35,867 bases of DNA from Promethearchaeota archaeon Loki_b31. GTDB lineage: Archaea > Asgardarchaeota > Lokiarchaeia > Sigyniarchaeales > SOKP01. The DNA lies in assembly GCA_005222975.1 (NCBI GenBank), contig NJBI01000035.1, positions 1 through 35,867 of the forward strand. The letters run 5' to 3'. The notes under the pieces were generated by a model. The model was not told the DNA's origin and made no database searches. It saw nothing but the letters and a program-made list of their open reading frames with translations. Shown here one piece after another: positions 28,086 to 35,867 of this stretch. The position numbers and the translations under genes are program-made. Position 1 is the first letter of the stretch, and each line of letters starts with the position of its first letter.

Positions 28086-29525
28086 TTATTTAAATCCTAA
28101 TTCTCCTAATTTTACTTGGGTTGCTTGGATTTTTTCAGGTGTAAGTTTATACCATTTCCAAAAGACAAATGCGCCGATAAAGATAAAGATAGCAGGAATT
28201 AATCCTAAGTGAATTTGGATTCCCACTGCTGCTGTGGGTGGCTGGATACTTGGATCTCCACCTTCAATAAATCCGGTTAAAGTATGAACGATAGCGAATG
28301 TAAGTGTTTGAGCAATAATTCCTATACGAGCAAAAAACTGGGAAAATCCAACATATACTCCCTCTTCACGTTTGTTAGTAATTACAACAGATTCGTCAAT
28401 TACATCTGACATGACTGGAAAGATCATAAACCAAAATCCTCCAAGGAAGAGACCCCATACAAACATCACAGCAACAACACCCCAATAACTTGTTAAGAAA
28501 AGCAGTGGTAAAGTAGATATTCCTAAACCAATTGCAGAAATTAACATAATCTTCTTGTTATTATTTACTTTATGAGAATATTTAACCCAAAATGGTGTTG
28601 CGAAAATCACTCCGACAAGAAAGGAAGCAAATATTAATGTAGCCATTAAATTAACTGATATGCCCCCCGGTTTGACTATCACATACGCAACAGCATAGTG
28701 TATAGAATTCTGCATCGTAACAATCTGGGATTGATACAGTGTATATATTACCATGTATATCAGGAAGGATTTTTGCTTTAACGCTATAACTAAGGCTTTA
28801 AAAAAGGAATCTCTTTCTGGATTTCTTTCGTAAGTTACAAGATATTTTTCCACAAGATCTTTATCTTCTCGAAATCCAGGGATTGCCAAAAGCATTCCAA
28901 GTAGACATATTAAAGCAACTACGACTCCTTGTACAATAAATGATTGCAAAACTACATCTGGAGTTGCATCGCCTGGGTATTTAAAAATTAAAGGAGGTAC
29001 TAATGCTCCTAGCGCTACTCCAATTACACCGATTGGGATATAGATTCCACTAGCGACTCTTCGTTCTTTAATGGACCTATATTTCTCAGGAAACAGTGCC
29101 ATAAAGTTAACAAAATAGAGTGAATGAAATGTATCAAATAAACACATTGTAAAAAGCAACCATGCAAATATAATCCATGCACCAGATGCGGGATCTGTCA
29201 CAGGTGGCATATATACAATTATGTAACTGGCACATAAAGGTAGTCCTCCAAGTAACAACCAAGGAAATCTCCTACCAATTTTCTTTGTAAACTTAAATGG
29301 ACGGTTAGTTAAGTATCCAATAAAAGGATCGTTGACCATATTATATAAGGCAAATATAAATGTCGCTAAAAATATGATCCATACATCTAAACCGATAACA
29401 GCTTCGTAATAAAAGAACACTGTGGCCATAAATGCCATATTTATGAATTCTCTTGCCATGCTACCCGAACCATAAGATGCCATATTCAATTTGCTATGAT
29501 GAACTTCTAACTCATCTTCTCCCAT
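28086..29525 (-). CDS. MFS glycoside-pentoside-hexuronide (MelB-like) transporter
   Basis: NDPFIGYL.....KIGRRFPW and DVIDE......REEGVY motifs; about 12 TM. ATG 29525 preferred over the track TTG at 29537. Confidence 0.88.
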   Translation of the reverse strand: MGEDELEVHHSKLNMASYGSGSMAREFINMAFMATVFFYYEAVIGLDVWIIFLATFIFALYNMVNDPFIGYLTNRPFKFTKKIGRRFPWLLLGGLPLCASYIIVYMPPVTDPASGAWIIFAWLLFTMCLFDTFHSLYFVNFMALFPEKYRSIKERRVASGIYIPIGVIGVALGALVPPLIFKYPGDATPDVVLQSFIVQGVVVALICLLGMLLAIPGFREDKDLVEKYLVTYERNPERDSFFKALVIALKQKSFLIYMVIYTLYQSQIVTMQNSIHYAVAYVIVKPGGISVNLMATLIFASFLVGVIFATPFWVKYSHKVNNNKKIMLISAIGLGISTLPLLFLTSYWGVVAVMFVWGLFLGGFWFMIFPVMSDVIDESVVITNKREEGVYVGFSQFFARIGIIAQTLTFAIVHTLTGFIEGGDPSIQPPTAAVGIQIHLGLIPAIFIFIGAFVFWKWYKLTPEKIQATQVKLGELGFK

Positions 29526-29754
29526 TGTTAATACCAATTTCTTTTTATTTTTTAATTTAAAATAAGTTGTAATTAAATTATTAGATTTTAATGTTTATTA
29601 AATTATTAGTTTTTATAAAATATTCAATATTTTCATATGAATTAATCCATAATCAAGCTTTTTCTTCATCGTTACAGTTCAAAAAGAATTTATTTTTACA
29701 TATTTCAGTCACTAAAATTAAAGCATTTAATTAACTATACAAATTGTAATAAAT

Positions 29755-31053
29755 ATGACAACTAAACCTAACATTATACTTTTCATAACACATGATCAAG
29801 GGCAATTTTTAGGCTGTTACGATACACCTACAACACCAAATTCTTTACAGACGCCTAATCTGGATAAACTTGCTAAAGACGGAATACGATTTACGAATTA
29901 TTTTTGTACAGCACCTCAATGTTCACCAAGTCGAGGAAGTATTTTAACATCGCTATATCCTCACCAACACGGGTTAATGGGACTCGTTAACCTGGGATGG
30001 ACTTTACCACATAGCAATAAAACATTACCAATGTATCTTAGAGAAAACGGATACACGACCCATCTGCTTGGATTACAACACGAAAGTAGAGATGTAACTA
30101 CATTGGGTTACGATTCTTTTAGTAAACGGATGAAAGACTATAAATACGATACTAAAAGAATGGAAAAAGAATATCTAAAATTTTTTAGAGACCATAAAAA
30201 CGATGAGAAGCCATTTTTTCTAAATATCGGTACAATAGAAAATCACCGTCCTTTTATTATATGGAGCGAAAAGGTTGATCTAAAAACAGTAAAAATGCTT
30301 CCTTTCTTACCTGATGATGAAAAAATTCGAGAGGACCTTAGCTTATTCTATGGAATTATTAAACCCGTTGATAGAGTTATTGGAAAGATAATCGAAGTGC
30401 TAGAAGAGACAGGTTTGAGGAATAAAACTCTTTTTATTTATACAACGGATCATGGAAGCCCTTTTCCAAGAGCAAAATGTACTTTATATGACCCGGGAGT
30501 AAAGACACTTCTAGTGATGAATTGGCCTGATTCTCCCTTATTTAACGATGGAAAGATTTTTGATCAAATGATTAGTAACATCGATCTCTTACCTACATTA
30601 TTAGATAGCATCGGAGCTATAATTCCAGATATTATTGAAGGGAAAAGTTTTCTTCCTATATTGAAAGATAAGACTATACCATTCAGAAAGGAAATCTTTA
30701 CGGAAAAATCCTTTCACGAGATATACGACCCCATCCGGAGCGTTAGAACTAAAAAATATAAATATATTCATAATTTTGAGAAGTCTGAATATTTATATCA
30801 AATGCCTTTAGACATAGAGAGAGGTCTTTCTGGACAAGTCTTAAAAGAAAAAATAAAGCATGAGAGAGTTGAAGAAGAACTTTACGACTTGGAGAAAGAT
30901 CCTAACGAAGCTAAAAATCTTGTTAATAACCCCGCCTATGAAAAAATCCTATTCGAATTAAGGCAAAAACTACTAGATTGGATGAAAGAAACTAATGACC
31001 CGCTTTTAAAAGGTAAAATTAATGATGAACGACTAATATCCCGCAAATTATAA
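29755..31053 (+). CDS. Cys-type sulfatase (S1 family, sulfamidase-like)
   Basis: PNIILFITHD, CSPSRGSILT (CxPxR formylglycine motif), TTDHG and ELYDLEKDP.E..NL. Confidence 0.9.
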   Translation: MTTKPNIILFITHDQGQFLGCYDTPTTPNSLQTPNLDKLAKDGIRFTNYFCTAPQCSPSRGSILTSLYPHQHGLMGLVNLGWTLPHSNKTLPMYLRENGYTTHLLGLQHESRDVTTLGYDSFSKRMKDYKYDTKRMEKEYLKFFRDHKNDEKPFFLNIGTIENHRPFIIWSEKVDLKTVKMLPFLPDDEKIREDLSLFYGIIKPVDRVIGKIIEVLEETGLRNKTLFIYTTDHGSPFPRAKCTLYDPGVKTLLVMNWPDSPLFNDGKIFDQMISNIDLLPTLLDSIGAIIPDIIEGKSFLPILKDKTIPFRKEIFTEKSFHEIYDPIRSVRTKKYKYIHNFEKSEYLYQMPLDIERGLSGQVLKEKIKHERVEEELYDLEKDPNEAKNLVNNPAYEKILFELRQKLLDWMKETNDPLLKGKINDERLISRKL

Positions 31054-31206
31054 TATGAAAAAAAAGATGGTAATAATTCAAATTTTTATTTTAAGATTGC
31101 AATAATTCATTGAAATTCTTGTTAAATAATATGTCAATATGCATTTAGATAATATAGAGATATATCGAATCGATCGTAAAAGAAACGTTTCACGAAGTGA
31201 AAAAAA

Positions 31207-32361
31207 CTGACTGAAAAATTATACTGGGACAATCCCTATGATATTAATTTTGATGCCGAGATAGTTGATATTAATAAGGAGGGAATAATCCTTAATAGAA
31301 CTTTATTTTACCCTGAAAGTGGGAACCAAATTAGCGATAGGGGGATTCTCATAAAGGAGGGTACCGAATTCAAAGTGGATTTTGTGTCGAAGAAAGATGA
31401 TTTTATAATCCATCATATATCTAATAGTTATCACGATCAGTTAAAACTAGGAGACAAAATTGAGGGAAAAATCGATTGGGATTATAGGTTTGGGATAATG
31501 CGAGCGCATTCTTCCCAACATATTTTATCAGCTATTTTCAAAAATGAATACAATATCGATACAATGCGAGCAAATATATCTTTTGAAGAAGTTGTTCTAT
31601 ATATTTCTAAGAGTGTAAATAAAGATGAACTTGAAAATGTTTTTCAACAATTTAGTAGATTTTGTACTATTGAAAATCTACCATTTAAAAGTAAATTAAT
31701 TTCTCATGATGGCTCTGAAGACTTAAATAATATTATTAGAGGAAAAATCCCGGAAGAAAAAATGTTAAGAGTAATAGAAATAGAGGACTATGACATTAAT
31801 TGCTGTGGAGGGACTCATGTCAGAAATTCTGTTGAAATTGGATCTATATATTTTTTCGAAATTAAAAAAGGAAGCGAATTCAAGTATCATCTTGGAAAAA
31901 GGGCTATTAAGATGCTGACAAAAAATAATATCGAAATTATAGATTTAGCAAGTTCACTAAATATTCCCATTAATGCATTCCCTCTTACTTTTAAAAATCA
32001 AATCTATAAACTTAGAGATGAAAATGAAGGTTTATCTTTAAAAATATTAGAATTGATTTCAAATTCCCCCACTACAATTCTCAACGGCGTTAAGATTGGG
32101 ATTTTAAATTTTGATATTAATTTTAAACTCTTATCAAAAAAATTTAAGGATTTTTCTCCAAATTATCTTCTAATAATAGAAAAAGGCGAAAATAATATAC
32201 AAATCCTTTCCAATAACGAAAATATCAAAGCAAACGATATTATTCAAGATCTTATCAAAAAATATGGTGGAAAAGGGGGAGGAAGTCCCAGATCGGCTCA
32301 AGCAACCTTGGAGAATGAACTTAAAGATATAATTTCTGAATTACAATTATTATTTATTTAG
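31207..32361 (+). CDS. alaX: AlaX alanyl-tRNA editing protein with C-terminal DHHA1/C-Ala domain; start extended upstream of track ORF 31375
   Basis: The frame is open from 31201 and reads (L/M)TEKLYWDNPY...F.A.I...TLFYPESGNQISDRG, the standard AlaX N-terminus. HSSQH and CGGTH zinc motifs; GGKGGG. Confidence 0.85.
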   Translation: MTEKLYWDNPYDINFDAEIVDINKEGIILNRTLFYPESGNQISDRGILIKEGTEFKVDFVSKKDDFIIHHISNSYHDQLKLGDKIEGKIDWDYRFGIMRAHSSQHILSAIFKNEYNIDTMRANISFEEVVLYISKSVNKDELENVFQQFSRFCTIENLPFKSKLISHDGSEDLNNIIRGKIPEEKMLRVIEIEDYDINCCGGTHVRNSVEIGSIYFFEIKKGSEFKYHLGKRAIKMLTKNNIEIIDLASSLNIPINAFPLTFKNQIYKLRDENEGLSLKILELISNSPTTILNGVKIGILNFDINFKLLSKKFKDFSPNYLLIIEKGENNIQILSNNENIKANDIIQDLIKKYGGKGGGSPRSAQATLENELKDIISELQLLFI

Positions 32362-32383
32362 TATCATTTCTTATTTGATAATC

Positions 32384-34351
32384 ATGGATATTGAAAAATT
32401 CTTAGATGATGTTCTTACAGAAGTAAACGGGCAGAGAGCATGGGATTGGGTTGCAAAGCTTTCTCAATTTAGCAGAATACAAGCCTCTAATGGATATCAT
32501 GAGAGCCTTGAAGAAATTAAAAGAGAATTAGAGAACATCGGGTTTAATGATATTGAGCATTTTAAGTCTCCAGCTGATGGAAATACAGTAATTTGGGGGT
32601 ATGAGGCACCTTACCAATGGGAAATTGAATCAGGTGAACTATGGATTACTGAGCCTGAAAGTGTAAAACTCTGTGATTTTAATGATATACAAACTTCTAT
32701 AATCACACATTCAAAGTCATGCGATGTTATCGCAGAAATCATAGATATAGGAATAGGTGATAAACAGGAAGATTATGAAAAGCACAATATTGAAGGTAAA
32801 ATTATATTGATATCATCTTCAACCTATATGTATCATCCATATATCGAGAATTCTGGGGCGTTAGGGGTAATTTTTTATCCTGATTTGAAAAGGACCAGAT
32901 ATAACTTTGACCGCCGCATTTATAATAGCTTTTTTACTACAGAGAAAAGAATGAGTAATGCTAAATTCGGCTTTAGTATTTCGTATAACCAGGCAATGCA
33001 TTTGAAAGATTTGTTAGAAAAAGGATCTGTTAAAGTCCATGCTAAAATTAAGGCTGAGTTTATAGAAGGTAATTTAGAAGTATTAAGCACTTCCGTTCAA
33101 GGAAAAGAATTTCCTGACCAAGAAATCATTATTATTGCACATTTATGCCATCCCCTCCCCAGTGCCAATGATAATGCTAGTGGAGCCGCAGGTTTATTAG
33201 AGCTAGCAAGGGCTTTTAAATATTTGATGAATAAAAATATTTTAGAAATACCAAAACGAACAATTAGATTTGTATGGGTGCCAGAATTTAATGGAACTGT
33301 TCCCTGGATGAAGTTTCACGAAGAAGAAATCAGAAAAGTATTAGTTTGTATAAATTTAGATATGATAGGAGAACATCCACTTAAGATCGGATACCCTTTG
33401 GAAGTTAATTTAACTCCACGATCCATTCCTTCAATTCTTAACGATATAACTTCATATTTTGTAAAAAGAATTGCTGATCACCCTAAGGGAATTGCAATCA
33501 ATGGAACTAAAATTCCAATGTCCTACAGGCTTAGAAATTTTGATGGAGGTAGTGATCACATTCTATTTACAGATTTCTATTTCTCAATTCCTTCACTTAT
33601 GTTTGGCCATGAAGATCTTCATTATCATTCTTCAATGGATACAGTGGAGTATTGTGATTCAACCGAATTAAAAAGAGTTATCTCAATGGCTATGAGCATA
33701 TCCTATATATTTTCAATCTTCGATAAAGACATTACTAAAACAGTTTGGCCAATATTACATCAAGGGATATTTACTAGAATTGGAAAAGCAATCAATCTAA
33801 TGGAGAAATTATATTTATCTATAGCCACTCCAGAAAATCGATTAACAAAAGAAATTATAACCGAATTTTTCTTATTGGGAAATGATATTTTAGAATCATG
33901 CTTTCAATATGAATTAAAGTCTTTAGAATGGATGAAACGCATTGATTCATCCCCAAATGCTCTTTCACTTATAGAATCAACAGAAGCTGAAATCAAACAA
34001 ATATTTAGGTTTCAGAAATTAAGATGGAAAGAACAAATAGCTTTTAAAGAAGAAGAAGGAATAAATTCGGAAAAATTTAATAATACTTATGAACCAAACT
34101 TCGATGGACCTTTTCTTGTTGGTCACTTATTTAAATTATACAAAATGCCACTATTTAAAGATTTAATAGAGGAATTGAAGTATGAATTCTTAGGTCCAAT
34201 TAACGAGTTGATCAATTTAATATGTAAGGGCTATAATCTTTTAAGAACTGCTAGCTTTATGTCATTAGAATATGAGACTATTATAACTCCAAGCAAGATA
34301 CTAGATTTGGTTAATCATCTGGAAGATGAAAAATTAATAAGGAGGATTTAG
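32384..34351 (+). CDS. M28-like aminopeptidase with PA-type insertion (DUF4910-like)
   Basis: AHLCH, SANDNASG, WVPE, NLDMIG, GSDH and YHSSMD. ATG 32384 preferred over TTG 32375. Confidence 0.82.
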   Translation: MDIEKFLDDVLTEVNGQRAWDWVAKLSQFSRIQASNGYHESLEEIKRELENIGFNDIEHFKSPADGNTVIWGYEAPYQWEIESGELWITEPESVKLCDFNDIQTSIITHSKSCDVIAEIIDIGIGDKQEDYEKHNIEGKIILISSSTYMYHPYIENSGALGVIFYPDLKRTRYNFDRRIYNSFFTTEKRMSNAKFGFSISYNQAMHLKDLLEKGSVKVHAKIKAEFIEGNLEVLSTSVQGKEFPDQEIIIIAHLCHPLPSANDNASGAAGLLELARAFKYLMNKNILEIPKRTIRFVWVPEFNGTVPWMKFHEEEIRKVLVCINLDMIGEHPLKIGYPLEVNLTPRSIPSILNDITSYFVKRIADHPKGIAINGTKIPMSYRLRNFDGGSDHILFTDFYFSIPSLMFGHEDLHYHSSMDTVEYCDSTELKRVISMAMSISYIFSIFDKDITKTVWPILHQGIFTRIGKAINLMEKLYLSIATPENRLTKEIITEFFLLGNDILESCFQYELKSLEWMKRIDSSPNALSLIESTEAEIKQIFRFQKLRWKEQIAFKEEEGINSEKFNNTYEPNFDGPFLVGHLFKLYKMPLFKDLIEELKYEFLGPINELINLICKGYNLLRTASFMSLEYETIITPSKILDLVNHLEDEKLIRRI

Positions 34352-34361
34352 ATACAATCTT

Positions 34362-35675
34362 TCATTCTAAATTGATAAATCCTTGGTTAATTTTTAGCAT
34401 TTCTTCAAACATTTCTTCGGCTTTTGATGCGTTTCCTATGGTTGGGTCCAACAGTAAAGCTTGAAATGCAATATCCTTTGATTTTTTAAGAATTGCTTCT
34501 ACTACTAAGTCTTGAACTGAAGCTTGATTGCGTAGTAATGCTGCTAACCCTTTTGGATAATCTCCAAGCTTAATTGCCTTTAATCCGCTCTTAGTAACAA
34601 TTGCAGGGCATTCCACAACTAAATCGCGAGGTATATTAGTAATTACATCCTCGTTCGGTAAATTTACTGAAGCCTCTTCATGATTAGAATCAGTTTTTAT
34701 ACCTTCAATAATAGGAATCGCTCTTTCATAATCGGGTTTTACAAGACGCGCACCTTTTCCTCTTTTTATTGACTTTTGGATTCTTCTTCCAATTAACAAT
34801 GTGAGACCTTTATAACCGTTATAAAACGCTCTTACTCCCTCGATGTTTGCTTTTTCCCAACCCCACGATATATACTCTCCATAATGGGAATCTTGCGTAT
34901 ACGGAATGTACCCAAACTTTTCAAGGATGTATTTAATCAAATCAACATCGTAGGGGAATCCAATAACGTTACTCAGATATTCCGGAGCCCTTTTTCTAAG
35001 ATCAGGATACGCATCTTTATTCTTATCAATATACCGTATTGATAGGAGAACACCAAAATGATTTAATCCTCCAGCTCTCATCTCAAGATTAGAAAGTGGA
35101 GTGTTAAGTATCTTGGAATAATGACGTACAAATCCAGGAAATTCGTGACATAAACCCACAAAATTTATCGAAGGAAATTTTCGCTTGATAGCTAAACAGA
35201 TTCTACTCATAGGATTTGAATAATTAATAACAAAGGCATCAGGGCAGATTTTATTGATGTCATCACAAATTTCGAGGATCGGAGGAATCACTCGTAATGA
35301 ATGAAATAATCCTCCCGGACCTCCATTTTCGCCCATAACTTGTTTATTGCCATACTTACGAGGAGTTTCGTAATCTAAATCAAACCATTTAAATCTTGGA
35401 CCGACTTCTATAGAATTTATTATAAAAGTAGCATTTTTCAAAGCTTTTTTCCTATCAATTGTGAACTCTAGTTCAAAATCCAAATGTTTCTGCTCGATTG
35501 CATCTTTACACGACTGGGTTACTAAATCTAAGTTAGTCTCATTGATGTCATGCAAACTTATTGTAGAACCTTGTAAAACATCGCTATTAATTATACTCCC
35601 AACTGAACCCAATCCAAATTGTAAAGAGCCAGCTCCAATTATTACAATCTTTTCCTTTTTTGTCAAATTCTTCAT
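34362..35675 (-). CDS. Family 4 glycoside hydrolase (NAD+/Mn-dependent alpha-galactosidase/alpha-glucosidase, MelA-like)
   Basis: IIGAGS, GENGGPGG, NYSNP, GLCHE, GLNHF and VVECP. ATG 35675 preferred. Ends in TGA. Confidence 0.9.
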   Translation of the reverse strand: MKNLTKKEKIVIIGAGSLQFGLGSVGSIINSDVLQGSTISLHDINETNLDLVTQSCKDAIEQKHLDFELEFTIDRKKALKNATFIINSIEVGPRFKWFDLDYETPRKYGNKQVMGENGGPGGLFHSLRVIPPILEICDDINKICPDAFVINYSNPMSRICLAIKRKFPSINFVGLCHEFPGFVRHYSKILNTPLSNLEMRAGGLNHFGVLLSIRYIDKNKDAYPDLRKRAPEYLSNVIGFPYDVDLIKYILEKFGYIPYTQDSHYGEYISWGWEKANIEGVRAFYNGYKGLTLLIGRRIQKSIKRGKGARLVKPDYERAIPIIEGIKTDSNHEEASVNLPNEDVITNIPRDLVVECPAIVTKSGLKAIKLGDYPKGLAALLRNQASVQDLVVEAILKKSKDIAFQALLLDPTIGNASKAEEMFEEMLKINQGFINLE

Positions 35676-35867
35676 TCTTGAATGTCTAATTAAATTAAGT
35701 AACATATTTAATTAGAAAGTAAAAAACTTATGAATTTTCTAATAAGTCATACAAAGATTTCACCACAAAATCTTCTTTTTTAACTTTTAAATAAACTGGT
35801 TCAGATGAGTATATTAATTCTAAATTTTTTAACGAAATAAGTCGAGTTTCATTTGGTTCCATGGAAA

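Noticed and set aside
3630-35715. Short antisense or alternate-frame ORFs in the track (e.g. 3630, 4164, 5892, 8625, 9076, 9866, 10186, 12715, 15881, 16076, 17156, 17949, 19217, 19395, 21411, 22485, 24384, 24897, 33471, 35461)
   Set aside because: All lie within or largely overlap well-supported genes and have no recognisable motifs.
1-35867. Genome-wide UGA reassignment (to Trp, Gly or Cys)
   Set aside because: In-frame TGA occurs only in two adjacent genes, Trp is encoded by TGG, and TGA ends ordinary genes at 25893 and 34362.

Overview
AT-rich archaeal window, most likely Asgard (Lokiarchaeia-like), inferred from a Rag-like GTPase with a roadblock/longin-type tail, a DRG GTPase, HEAT repeats and multiple HdrA/MvhD/FrhB paralogs. 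The main result is a selenoprotein operon that the ORF track fragments. hdrA (6918-8858) has four in-frame TGA codons and mvhD (8864-9322) has two. All six align with conserved Cys in the Cys-type paralogs of the same window. Directly downstream is one hairpin with a eukaryote-like AUGA/GA SECIS core (9342-9383), the only such element I could find for both genes. The locus continues with two FrhB-like genes, an HdrD-like gene (apparent ATA start) and a double-FAD HdrA. A ~4 kb AT-rich insertion follows, with a HEPN-motif gene broken by one in-frame TAG and a GIY-YIG-like nuclease. After it come a Cys-type mvhD and a third HdrA with a 142-codon domain deletion. The right third holds transporters, M28 peptidases, a sulfatase, AlaX (apparent CTG start) and a GH4 glycosidase. 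I saw no rRNA, tRNA or CRISPR array. All calls come from reading motifs by eye; no searches were run.
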